Shown one piece after another: positions 14,305 to 27,166 of a stretch of DNA of 64,000 nt. Numbering within the stretch: the stretch's first letter is position 1; each line of letters starts with the position of its first letter. The DNA lies in assembly GCF_006345805.1 (NCBI RefSeq), contig NC_043001.1, positions 68,014,001-68,078,000 on the forward strand. The letters are read 5' to 3'. The DNA is from Octopus sinensis. Taxonomy: Eukaryota. A program made the position numbers and the translations under genes. A model generated the notes under the pieces. The model was given only the letters and a program-made list of their open reading frames with translations, was not told the origin of the DNA and searched no databases.

Positions 14305-14860
14305 AAAATAAGCAACAAGAATAACTTCGGTAATTTGGTACGATCGTTTCACGCTAATCATTTTATTAAATGTTGGAAGTATTACAACTGTTTTAAAATG
14401 CTGAGCACTCATCGGCCATTAATAGAGGTTTTCCATTAATACATAATTTTCATATCAATTGATAACATTATAGAGAAGGTAGATATATAGACAAAGATGT
14501 GGATTTAAATTTTAAGAACATTTAAGGTAGTGGAGTTTATCAACTGACTGAAGAATATTCAGTTGTTTTGAACTGCTAGAAGGTTTTGAGAAGAATGAAC
14601 AATTGAAAGGAGACAAGAAAGATTTTCTATTTATAGAAATTGGGGTGAAATAGATGTCAAAGTTCTATATAAAGAAATTGAGGTAGAGAGAAAGGGTTGT
14701 CAACCCTTGATATGAAAATTATGTATTAATGGAAAACCTCTATTAATGGCTGATGAGTGCTCAGCATTTTAAAACTGTTGTAATACTTCCAACATTTAAT
14801 AAAATGATTAGCGTGAAACGATCGTACCAAATTACCGAAGTTATTCTTATTGCTTATTTT
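14305..14860. mobile_element. PLE-type inverted repeat (154-bp arms 14305-14458 / 14707-14860), each arm carrying a hammerhead motif
   Basis: The arms are near-perfect reverse complements and contain CTGATGA...GAAACGATCGTA. Confidence 0.75.
14744..14834 (+). ncRNA. Type I hammerhead ribozyme motif
   Basis: uaaugg-CUGAUGA-gugcu...agcgu-GAAA-cgaucg-UA-cca. Palindromic stem III (CGAUCG), GUA cleavage triplet, short stem I. Confidence 0.7.
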
Positions 14861-15046
14861 GATTATAACCACCCCATGGATTTATATGGATAACACCATA
14901 CAAAATTCTGGTGCATCTAACTTAAGTACCATATTCGTTTGAATCTAAATTTTGCTGAACTTATATATATATATATATATAATTTATTTAAAGGTCACAA
15001 TACATGTATTAAAGGGCTACATATTTTCTATCATGGATCAGTACAT

Positions 15047-15134
<88 letters not shown>

Positions 15135-15148
15135 ATGTGTGTGTGTGT

Positions 15149-15242
<94 letters not shown>

Positions 15243-15705
15243 ATATGAGCTGCTCAAGACATTGCTACATCCGTTTTAACTGCGTGGTAATTTTTTCATC
15301 ATATGTAATAGTTACGTGATAGTACTTATTTTAACACTATAGCATAACCGCAACATTTCATCAGGTAGTAGCTAGCTTAGTGAAATCGGATCATACTACA
15401 AAGAGAAATTCACTTTTAAAGAAAAATATATTAAAAGCGAGATTTCCTTTAGAGAAGTAATATTATACATAAAATGTGATATAACCAAATGGTTAAGACG
15501 TTCGCTTCACATCAATGATGACCTGAGTTCGATCTCGCGGCATGGTATCAGGAGCCAATGTTATTTTCTATATTTTAGAGTCGACCCAAACTTTGTGAAT
15601 GGAATTGACTCGATGGAAACTATAATAAAACCCGTCAGTATACTGTCTAATGTATAGTCTTGTCACATACTGTCAGGCTGATTCTGCCAGAGAATTCTTC
15701 TAACA

Positions 15706-15870
15706 CACGGGTGTCAAACTCAGTCGCACAGGGGACCAAAACTTATAGCACACTTTAGGTGGCAGGCCGAACAGGATAAACATTTATTGAACAGACTAAA
15801 ACTTTTTGAACATGAACATGTATTGAAGCAGATGGTATATAATTTTATTCTAAAAATAAATTAAATTACT
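15706..15870 (+). mobile_element. hAT (Charlie/Buster-like) left-end fragment
   Basis: Starts CACGGGTGTCAAACTC, resembling hAT TIRs. No partner TIR found. Confidence 0.4.
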
Positions 15871-16168
15871 TAAAATATTTTCTTGTTCTGTACTTTACCA
15901 GATGTAATAACTTGTCCTGAACTTTTCCAAGTGAAATAACTTGTCCTGTACTTTTCCAGATTCATAATCTTAAGAATATTATTTCTCTTGCTCGCATTTC
16001 TCCATGTAATAGATATATATATATGTATAGGACCGTCATTGAGTTTCCGTCTACCAAATCCACCCACAAGACATACAGTGGCATTAACTCGAAACCATGT
16101 GGTTGAGAAGCAAACTTCTTACCACGCAGCCACATATGTATATATGTGTGCACATATATGTACATGTG

Positions 16169-16205
<37 letters not shown>

Positions 16206-17526
16206 CTGCATATATAGAAGAGATATGGTTAGATACAAAGAGAGAGTGAGAAAACCAAAGACGGAAAGTGAGAGAGAGAGAGGGGGAGAGAGTGAGAGAC
16301 AGTGAGAGAGTGAGAAAAAGAGGCAGGGATAGTTTCTTTGTTCTCCTTTGCGACGGAAAACGATGACACTTTCCTTGAACATGAAAGTCTCATTTCTTGG
16401 TGTTCTGTGTCAGACTCGAAGTTGCTGGGTCTTGATGACTCGATGAATGCGTTGCTTAGAAGACCTTCTTATATCGTTTATCTCTTCCAATTTCTTCCTC
16501 AAATTCCATTAAAAATCTGTTCAAAATAAATGGAGCTTTGATAAGGAGGAGAACTGAATAAACGGCAATAAAGCTTTAAATCTTAAAGTATATAATTACG
16601 ATATATTGTTAGACTTAGCTTCCAACGTTTATACGTTCAGGTATCTTCAAGTTAAAACGGGGAAATATTTCTAAATGTAAGAACTACGATATTTTTGCGA
16701 ATTAAGTATTTTATGTAATTCTGTAAACATCTAATCTTTTCGCTCTTTTGTTAGAATTTACTTTAATAATCTGCAATTATCAATCATTCATTCAAATTGA
16801 TAAAGGTTTGGAAAAATGGATGGAGCAAATATTGGGATCTTTGATCTTAGAACAAAAAGCAAATTTTTAGCACTGGAGTTCTTATATTTTAAGGAATATG
16901 CCATGAAAATGTATATTCCAGATACTTATACAGTCGATACCAGAATTATAGGCAATATGCTTTTCAAAGGAATGTGAGCTCAGACCTCTGTTTTAAAGAA
17001 CTAGATACTGTAAAGCGGTTAGTCTGATGATATACGGTCATATTTCTGTGAGAAAACAGCGATTGAACCAGTCCTTATGAGAGAGGGGTAAAGAAGAACG
17101 GACAAAAAGCGACTGAATGGCGGGAAAGAAAAAAAAACCCAGACCAAAAGCTCTCAAAAATAAAAAAAAAGCAAACATCCACGAGATTTAAATAAAAAAA
17201 AAAAGCAAACATCCACGAGATTTAAAGCTACAGACGGCAGATAGAAATTGGGACATTTGGTGGAGATTAGCGATGGTTCATATATTATAACTCAATTGCT
17301 GTGTCCCTAGACTAAACATATAACTGTAGTGCACTTTTGAAGCCTAAACCATACCATTTGTTAACATTTGTATGCAGGCGGGGGTTTATTCCACACCTTC
17401 TAACTACTGACGAAACTGGAGTTAGCAAGTACATCTTTAATGCAATATAATTGGAGAAGGTGACAGTATCGACTAATTTTCATGCTCTATCACTCCTGTT
17501 TGTCTCTATAAGTGTATGTTCGTTTG

Positions 17527-17561
<35 letters not shown>

Positions 17562-17596
17562 TGTATGTATGTATGTATGTATGTATGTATGTATGT

Positions 17597-20500
17597 CAGG
17601 TTACTTTCGAGTGCTACTGGTAACATTTAACCCAGTACAACCTGTTGCATGGTCGGGTCGTCGGCGACTAAACCGGCAACCCCACCAAGCTTGCTTGGTG
17701 AGGGGGTGTTTATTGGACACCCTGCGGGATGAAAAACAAAACCCGTCAAAGGGCGGAGGACCTCTTGAGAGTCAACGGCCATCCAATAAATGTTAGCACG
17801 GGTACATAGAAATTGCGGGGTGGTGTCCGGCGTGCTGAAAGACCACTGGGAGTGAGGCGCCCCTCAGCTTTTGTTAAAGCACGTCTTTAGGAGAAGGTCA
17901 CTCTGATATAAAACCAGATATGCAGGGAATGGCATTGAACATTTTGGGGATCTTTGGTTTGTGCTAGAGATCACGGCGCTCCCACATCCCTGAGCCTGCG
18001 ACTCATATTGGCACCAGACATCTTGCTCCGGCTTGTCTCTGGATAATGTCAATAGAGTGGAGAGGGTCTATGAGGTGTTGTGCAAGCCTTATTGGACCTA
18101 AAACTCTGCACAGGCATTGCCGACCTTTTGTTTTTTTTCTTCTATATATGTCTATCTTATTTTTAGTATATATATATATATTTTATTCGGAAGTCCTGCG
18201 GCAATGGGAAGGTGGTGAAGCATGCAGACCTGACGGGTTGGAAGCATGTAGTCAGTGACCTGCACGTAGGCGGCCCATGCTAGATATAAAGTCGTCTCCT
18301 TGTCGCCCAAGACAGCGGTAGGATTCGGTTGCTGCATGGATGTCTGAGCAGCTCCATTTGGAGAGGGCACTGCTCACCTGGAGACAGGGGAGGTTCTAGA
18401 AAAAGTGAACCAAAAATTGCCTGTCTTTCCATATCTGGTCAGTTTAGCGCGACTGACGGATGTCCACTCTGCGCTCGAAAAACAAAGAGTCTTTTATCTA
18501 TAAAATCTGGACGGAACTTAAACATTTCATGTTGGAATGTGCGTACTCTGTTGGACAACAAGAGTGATTGCAGGCCTGAAAGACGCACTGCACTTGTTGC
18601 TCGTGAGCTGAACCGTTATAAAATTGATATAGCTGCACTCTCAGAGACTCGTATAGAAGGTGATGGTCAGCTTGAGGAAGTAGGAGGCGGATACACCTTC
18701 TTTTGGAAAGGAAGGCAGAAGGAGGAGCGCAGAGAGGCTGGTGTTGGTTTTGCAGTCCGATCTGATATCCTGAAGAAGCTGGAAGAGCTCCCTGTTCCTA
18801 TAAATGAATGTATAATGACCCTACGGTTGCACTTGAAAGGTAAGCGGTTTGCTACTCTAATAAGTGCCTATGCACCTACTTTGACTAGCTGTGATGAAGA
18901 TAAAATAATCTTTTATACCCAGCTGAGAGCCATACGTAGAAAAATCCCCAATTCTGATAAAGCCATTCTACTGGGGGATTTTAATGCCAGAGTAGGAACA
19001 GACTGGCAAACATGGAACTCTCTAGGACGTTTTGGAGTAGGGAAAATGAATAGCAATGGTCTCATGCTACTGGAGCTTTGCGAAGAACATGGACTTTACA
19101 TTGCAAGTACTCATTTTGTGCACAAAGGTGATCACACAACAACATGGATGCATCCAAGGTCCAAAGTTTGGCACTTGCTAGATTACGTCATCATCCGCAA
19201 GCGCGACATTTATGACATTTGTAATGTCAAATCCTTGCATGGATCAGAATGCTGGACAAACCACAGTCTGGTGCGAGCAAAGTTCCGAATGGTGATTAGG
19301 GCGAAAGAGAGAAGAGAACCAGTCAGCATTCCTCGCTGTCTAAATGTCCACAAGGTATATGACGTTGTGGTTAGGAAAGAGCTTCAGACTCGCTTGTCCA
19401 GCATTGAAACTGCTGCAGGATGGGAAGATTTTCGAGACCAGGTTGTTCAATGTGCAGCCGAAACACTGGTTTGATGAGAATGATGCTGAAATTCAACGAC
19501 TATTAGTGGTGAAGCGCCATGCCCACAGTGTGTTGCTGCACAGAGAACTGTCTACTGTGCAACGAAGTCTAGCACTTGCCCACTATAACAGTGTAAAATC
19601 ACTACTGCAGCGATCTCTCAGGAAGATGCAGAACACTTGGTGGGAGGATCTTGCTCGTGATGTTCAGGCTGCTGCTGATTCAAATGACAGCAAGAAGCTT
19701 TACCATCTTATGAAGCGAGCTTATGGACCTAAGAGCTCCACATCAGCTCCTTTGCTTTTCAAGGAGTCTTCCACTATGTTTACTAAATCAACAGAAATCA
19801 CAGGTCGCTGGATCGAACACTTCTCTGAACTCCTAAACCATGAGTCAGTTGTGGATGAAACAGTGATTGACACTATGAAACAAAGACCTATCATTGACTC
19901 CTTAGACTCCTCGCCATCAATACATGAAGTAATTACATCAATAAGTAAATTGAATCTTGGTAGGGCACCTGGAAAGGATGGAATTTGTGCTGAGGTCTTG
20001 TGATTTGGTGGTAATTGCATCACACAGTCCCTTCATGAACTTATTAGTGCAGTCTGGAGGGATGGTGCAATCCCTAAGGACTGGAAGGATGCAATTATTC
20101 TTCCTCTGTATAAAGGAAAAGGAGCCAGAACAATGTGTGGTAACTACAGAGGTATTGCTCTACTATCAGCTGCTGGCAAAGTTCTGGCAAATATTCTTCT
20201 TACCCGTCTGAATGGGTGTCTCGTAAATGATGTCCTATCTGAATCTCAATGTGGCTTCCGATCTGGTAGAGGGACAATGGATATGATTTTCACAGCAAGA
20301 CAGGTGCAGGAGAAGTGCTATGAGCAGAATATGGATCTTGTCCAGGTATTCATTGATTTAACTAAGGCCTTTGATACTGTAAATAGGGCATTTCTATGGA
20401 AAATACTTGGCAAACTTGGATGTCCGGATCACTTTGTATCAATAATTACATCATTTCATGATGGGATGGAGGCTTGGGTCAATGTTGGTGGTGCCATGGC

Positions 20501-21730
20501 GGGACCCATCACTGTAGAGAATGGTGTTAAGCAGGGTGACATCCCCAACTCTCTTTTCTTTGTACTTTGCTGCTACTTTTACTCATGCTTTTGCTAAGGT
20601 TAGCTCTCTGGAAATATATGTCAGATATCGATCTTCTGGCCGCCTCTTTAATCTTCGCCGATTTGCTGCCAATTCAAAGGTTTCCCAGTCTATTATTCGT
20701 GACCTACTTTATGCAGATGACTGTGACTTAGTCACTCATACAGTGGATGACATGCAAATACTCATGAATTGCATTTCTGCTTCTTGCAGGGCATTTGGAC
20801 TCAGCATTAGCCTGGACAAGACTGTTGTAATGTTCCAGCCTGCACCAGGAAATCCATATATAGAACCAGCTATCTTGGTTGAAGGAACGATTCTGAAGGT
20901 AGTAGACAAGTTTGTCTACCTGGGCAGCACACTCAGCCGTTCTTGCTCCCTGGATGAGGAAATATCTTTCAGGTTGCAGAGAGCAACTAATTCCTTTCGG
21001 TCTCTTCAGTCTCGTGTCTGGTCCCAACATGGCATCGCAAGGAGAACAAAAGTTGCTGTGTACCGTGCTTGTGTACTGACATCGCTTCTCTACTCATGTG
21101 AGACATGGACTCTGTACAAACGTCAGGTCAGGGTCCTTGAACGTTTTCATCAGAGATGTCTCAGACACATTCTCAATGTTGGCTGGACCTCAAAAATTCC
21201 AGACACACAGATCCTGAGGACAGCTGATATCTTGAGTATTGAGGCGATGGTACACAAGCACCAGTTGCGTTGGACTGGACACCTTATTAGAATGGAGGAT
21301 AGAAGGATTCCTAAACAGATGCTCTATGGAGAACTTGTGAATGGAAGGAGACTCCGGCAGAAACCAAGGCTGCGATTTAAGGACTGTGTCAAGTCCTCGT
21401 TAAAGGCCTTTGATATGCAGGACACTGACTGGGAGAACAATGTCTGTCATCGCCACAGATGGAGGAAGCAGGTTAAGGAGGGGATCGACACTTTTGAGAG
21501 AGCACGTATCCAGCATGAAGAACTTAAGCGAGCTGCGCGAAAGTGCACGGCTCGTATAGTGAATGAGGAAAGCTTGGTCTGCAATGTTTGCAGTCGTGTA
21601 TGCTTGTCAAGAGCATGGCTCATTAGGCACCAACGGAGCCGCAAATGCAAAATATAAGTTAGTCCTAGAGCGCACAATGTTCCTGAAGGTCGGCAATGGT
21701 CTTCCTCGGTCACGAGTGGACGGCCATCAT
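17597..21730 (+). mobile_element. Near full-length RTE-clade LINE inserted in (TATG)n
   Basis: Structured 5' UTR, APE+RT coding region and (CAT)n tail, with (TATG)n on both sides. Confidence 0.95.
18329..21657 (+). pseudogene. RTE ORF (APE endonuclease, RT, C-terminal CCHH-like finger) with frameshift/deletion at ~19470, stop at 20001-20003 and frameshift at ~20540
   Basis: WNVRTLLD, DIAALSETR, ISAYAPT, LLGDFNARVG, WHLLDYVI; NYRGIALLS, ESQCGFR, FIDLTKAFDTV, GVKQGD, LLYADDC, FVYLGS; CNVCSRVCLSRAWLIRH. Confidence 0.95.
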
Positions 21731-21751
21731 CATGTATGTATGTATATGTAT

Positions 21752-22203
21752 ATCTTTTATCTTTTACTTGTTTCAGTTATTTGACAGTGGCCATGCTGGG
21801 GCATCGCCTTGAGGAGTTTCAGTCGAATGAATCAACCCCACAACATTTTAAAAGCCTGATATGTATTCTCTCAGTCTTTTATGCCGGACCGCTAAGTTGC
21901 AGGGACCAAAACACACCAGCACCGGTTGTCAAGACGGTGGTGGGGAACAATCACGGACACAAAGACACACACACATAGATATATGCATATATACTTACAC
22001 ACACACACACACACACACATACACACATACACACACACATACGAGGTGCTACATTCAATTTCCACCTACCAGATCCACTCACAAAGCTTTGGCCAGCTCG
22101 AGGTTATAGTAGAAGGCACTTGCCCAAAGTGCCACGCAGTGGGATTGAACACGGAACTGTATTTGGGAAGCAAGTTTCTTACCACACAGCCACGACTGCG
22201 CCC
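21752..22203 (-). mobile_element. tRNA-derived SINE with internal (CA)n (47693 family)
   Basis: Reverse complement aligns with 47693-48130. Confidence 0.85.
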
Positions 22204-22241
22204 ATATATATATATATATAATATACACGCACACACGCGCG

Positions 22242-22312
<71 letters not shown>

Positions 22313-23575
22313 AACACACACACACACAAGAAAACATGTGAAATACCAGAACTGATGTCATGAAAGATTAATTTCGTTTATTTCAACATTCTTCTTTTTC
22401 TTTCAGGATGACAATCGGTAGCATAGTTTGATAAGTAGTATATTTTGATAATTACAGTTAAACACTCGTCTAAAGGGAAAGGGCGCATTAGGTGATGCAG
22501 CCCTGGATATTTCTTCAAAGGCGGAACGGTTAAGAGTGAGTAGCCTAGCCTTTGGTTATAAATTAGTTCAATCAGAGCTGACACAAAGTCAGTATTTTTG
22601 AAGGGAAGGCGTTTGTCAATATTATCGACCCATAATCCTTGCCTAACGCTCTAACCTCGATGGATTGAAGGTAATGTTACCTTCAGCGGGATCTGAACTC
22701 AGAACGTAAAGAGCTTGAGAAAATGCCGCAAGGTATTTCGTCCTGTGCTCTAAAGAGTCTGCATATCCACGGCCCCTGTAATAAATATGGAAACAGAAAA
22801 AATGTTAATTCAATTTGCTGATATAAAAAAAGGGAGTTAATAGCGTCAATGTCGCATCTACCCAAAATGGTTTACCTAGAGCTAACTTAAATTACATAAA
22901 GATCTTTGAGTATTCATATATCTATTATCACGGAGAATTCCATAGCATGTCTGTAAAAGAATGGACCTGTCAGATCGGTAGTCTATTTTTATTCTGTCAA
23001 ATATCATTAAGAGACACCAGAGAAGGCTGTTCACAATGCTAATATGTCAATTAGTAGACACAAGAGAGAAAAAAATGTCAAAGAGCTGTAAAAATGATAC
23101 AGTGTATTCATACAACAGTCTTTTGACGTTGATTTCTGTTTTATATTTCAGATGACATGGTATTTACGTTAATTTATTTCTTAGCCATTCTTACATAACT
23201 TTGTATTGACGCTAGAAGGAAGCAGTGGTCGTGGTCGGTGTCATTCTTAAAGAAGGTTGAACGAAAAGTTGAGAACACTAGACTGAGAGATATGATTAGA
23301 TTAAAGAAGGCAGAATGAAATGAAAATGAAAGAAAGAGAAATAAAAAGAAAGAAAGGGTGGGGTGCTGTCGAAGAGGGGAAATAAGGAAAACACGAAAAG
23401 AAAGAAGAAAGAAGTCGAAAGATGAGAAGGAGAGAAGGCAGGAAAACAATATAAAAGAAAAAAGTGTGAAATAGAAATGCATACATACATACATGCATGC
23501 ATACATACATACATACGTGCATACATGCATATGTATATATAAATATATATATATGTATATATATATACATATACA

Positions 23576-23611
<36 letters not shown>

Positions 23612-24201
23612 TATACATATATATATACATACATACATATACATATACATATGCATACATACATACATACATATACATATATATATATATGTTTTTTGCA
23701 TTATAACTCACCACGTGGGGATAATCGAAATTCTCCTCCTCCCCTTTCTTACTATATATAATTTATAAAAACACCTGTTTGTAACTTTATACCGTAAAGG
23801 AAAATTATAGTCCTCAAGTAAACTCGATTAAGGGTGAGAATGATACCTACATTGCTAGAAGTAGGAGCTAAAATACTTCAATGGTGTTACAAAACACATA
23901 GCGTATACTCTGATAGGGCCTGTAATCGCCCACACACAAAACCGAGCACTCCTTAGACTAACTGGCTAATTTGGGCTATTTCCGTAGCCATCTTCAGCAA
24001 GACCAGCTTCTTCGGTTGATTCTGGGTTACCTCGCCTATCAGAGTATATATATATTCACCATAAAAATCTATGGACGATTTAGTAGATCGCTAATGTGTA
24101 TACAAAAAAAAAAATAAATAAAAACACCTGCCTGCAACGTTATACCGGTTTGCTGCCGTTTACTCAACATGCAGGAATTGAACACTTATATTGTATGTTT
24201 T

Positions 24202-24297
24202 AAACTACCTCTGAAGAGATTTGACTTTCAAATAATTTAAAATTTAATCAATTAATTTTCTGAAGGTTTAGAATTGAAACAGCTGTAAGTGATGTTT
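24202..24297 (+). ncRNA. Type I hammerhead motif with extended stem II and decayed stem I
   Basis: CUGAAGA (24211-24217), long AU-rich stem II, GAAA-cagcug-UA (24276-24287). Confidence 0.55.
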
Positions 24298-24349
24298 GTC
24301 AATTTTTTAATAAATAAAAAATACTGATTACCTCTCTTTTTCTCATCTT

Positions 24350-24412
<63 letters not shown>

Positions 24413-24585
24413 ATGGATTATATAGTTGCCTTGCAGTTGAGTATTAACTGCAATGTTCAATATTCTTTGTATAGATAACTAACCAGTATTTTCATAAGAT
24501 TTTGCTATCCCTGAATGAGGTTTGTAACTTTCATTTGTGTTTCTGTTTTAAATATATATATATAGTCTAGTCCTGCTAGAATGGA

Positions 24586-25205
24586 CAGGATACAAACAGG
24601 GGGCAGAGATTAGTCAGAATATTGATGACGTACCTTTCTGCTTGACTAGTCCCCTAACAAAATACAGACAGGGGGCAGATCTAATGCAGCTATAAGTCGT
24701 GATTGGGCAGAATCTTGATGACGTCCCGTTCTGCTTGACTAAGCCACCTAACGAAACGACTGGTCAAAACAGGATACAGACAAGAGGCAGTTATAATATA
24801 GCGAGAGGTCACGATTGGTCAGAATGCTGATGACGTCCCGTTCTGCTTGACTAAGCCACCTAACGAAAAGGGGCAGATCTAATACAGCTATAAGTCGTGA
24901 TTGGTCAGAATCATGATGACGTACCGTCCTGCTTGACTAAGCCACCTAACGAAACGACTGGTCAAAACAGGATACAGACAAGAGGCAGTTATAATACAGC
25001 GATAGGTCACGATTGGTCAGAATGTTGATGACGTACCGTTCTGCTTGACTAAAGCCACCTAACGAAACGATTGGTCAAAACGTTGATGACGTCACACTAC
25101 ACTGGACTGACCACCTAACAGGTATTATAAAACCCGAACAATTCACAAGACTCACTAGAATCACCCAGCGAACATCCACCATGGGTCATCACAATTGCTC
25201 AAGGT
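24586..25205 (+). promoter_or_regulatory. Tandem array of six GATTGG(CCAAT)+TGATGACGT(CRE/ATF) modules followed by TATAAAA and CCACCATGG
   Basis: TGATGACGT near 24624, 24716, 24828, 24915, 25026 and 25084, each preceded by GATT(G/A)G. TATAAAA at ~25126. Kozak-like ATG at 25181. Confidence 0.6.
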
Positions 25206-25552
25206 AAAAATGAATTCCTCGCTCTTTCGGGAACATCAATCTTCTGTATTGACTGCTTTCCACCACTTTGATCTGTTTTTTGTATTGAATACGTATCGCC
25301 ACCGTGGGCCACTGCATCGAACACTTTGAACATATAGCATGAATGAACTTACTTCAAACTATATTTGAACTTTAAGATGTCTGACTCCGTTGTGTATTGT
25401 AAATGAATTTCTTGTGTTTGACGGCATGAGCTGTCTTTTTTTATATATAACTTTTTTTGATAAGATTCATTTCAGGAACTGAAACATGTTATACTGTATA
25501 TATAAAAATTAAAAATTGTATAATATAGCAGCATTTTCGAACTTCATTTTTT

Positions 25553-25626
<74 letters not shown>

Positions 25627-25627
25627 C

Positions 25628-25661
<34 letters not shown>

Positions 25662-25666
25662 CAATC

Positions 25667-26142
25667 ATAAAGGGAAAGGTAGTCTTACAGCTGTTTCTGC
25701 GATATTAAGCATTTCCCTTCGTCAGAGACGAAATGAGAGAGTTATCTAGAGGGAAATAGTATAGTTCAATATAAGGAGTTACTTTGGAAAAATATGGATA
25801 TAGGGAGTATAAATGGAAATAAGAGAATAAAATAAAAGTAAAAATGTATGTTGGATGTTACAGCGCAGTTCCATTATACATGTAGGATGTTATGGTTGCA
25901 ATTCCATTATCCACAGAAAGTGCACTTTCCTTGAATAATGGAACTGCAACTGTAGCATCCTACACATATTTTTACTTTTATTTTTATTCTGTTATTTCCT
26001 TTTAAACTTCCTATATCAATCATTTTCGAAAATAACTCATGATATTGAACTATACTATTTCCCTTAACTCTTTCATATTGTCTCTGATGAAAGGATATCC
26101 CTAATATCCCAGAAACAGCTGAAAGATTAGATTTCTCTTTAT
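25667..26142. mobile_element. ~475-bp imperfect palindrome with a hammerhead motif at each end (PLE-like)
   Basis: Centre GAAAGTGCACTTTC (25916-25929). The arms are diverged reverse complements. Confidence 0.75.
25682..25729 (-). ncRNA. Minimal type I hammerhead motif
   Basis: Minus strand: gucu-CUGACGA-agggaaau...auaucgca-GAAA-cagcug-UA-agac. Stem I gucu/agac; stem II weakened. Confidence 0.65.
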
Positions 26143-26438
26143 AAATGTCCTATAAATTCCACACAGCCTTGGCTTTGTTGTCTCATTTTATTTAACATAT
26201 ACATGCTCACACAAGACCCGCATTAGAATGCTCACGCAAATTATTATCGAACCGGAAGTGTAACTACAGTCCTCCCGTAGCACTTACATAGCATTACCTG
26301 CCATCTTGGGCTTTCTGGATAGCAACACCTCTCATATATATATATATGTGTGTGTGTGTGTATCTATATCTATATTTATATCTATCTATCTATATATATT
26401 TATATTTATATATATATGTATATATATATATATATGTG

Positions 26439-26515
<77 letters not shown>

Positions 26516-26529
26516 CTATATATGTATAC

Positions 26530-26562
<33 letters not shown>

Positions 26563-26864
26563 TGTATGTATGTATGTATGTATGTATGTATGCATGTATG
26601 TATGTGTGTGTGTTTGTATGTGTGTGTATGTCTATAGTAATAGGTAAGCACGATCCAAGGGTGTTAGTAAGCTTCGAGAATGTATGTAGATAGCACAGAT
26701 GATAAAAACTAGACAATATGCTAAAAAAAAGAAGCTTATTAACATCGTAAGTTACCCACAATTCGTCCCATATTGAAATTAAAGGGAACTTCGATAACCA
26801 TTCATGGTTTAGCAACAAAATCGCTAAAGATACGATTAAACTTGGAGAATGTGAGAAATGGAAG

Positions 26865-27166
26865 AAGTGAAACATGGACTACAATCGTTTCATAGCTAAA
26901 ACAATGTTACATAACTTCTAAAATGTGTAGAACCAACTTAGCTGATCTTCAGGTCTTATTATCTGTAATTTGCTTACATTGTCGCGTAAAACCAAAACAA
27001 AAATCAAACAAAAAGCAAGTAAAATTAAGCAAGAAATAATAAAAACAACGCGACTATGAAAACATATAGATAGGATCTGGAGATTAGCTAAGCTGGTTCT
27101 ACGCATGTTACAAGTTATGTAACATACATAGTTTCAGCTGCGAAACGATCGTAGTCCGTGTTTTAC
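26865..27166. mobile_element. Inverted repeat (~95-bp arms) with hammerhead motifs on both arms (PLE-like)
   Basis: GGACTACAATCGTTTCATAGCT...CTGATCTTCAGGTC (26876-26955) mirrors GATCTGGAGATTAGCT...AGCTGCGAAACGATCGTAGTCC (27073-27157). Confidence 0.7.
26876..26955 (-). ncRNA. Type I hammerhead motif
   Basis: Minus strand: gac-CUGAAGA-ucagcu...agcuau-GAAA-cgauug-UA-guc. Confidence 0.6.

Noticed and set aside
24586-25120. Tandem array as CRISPR, or as tandem hammerheads (TGATGA...GAAAC...GTC)
   Set aside because: The context is eukaryotic, the spacers are themselves repeated and there are no cas genes. Only one unit has CTGATGA, and stems I and II do not pair.
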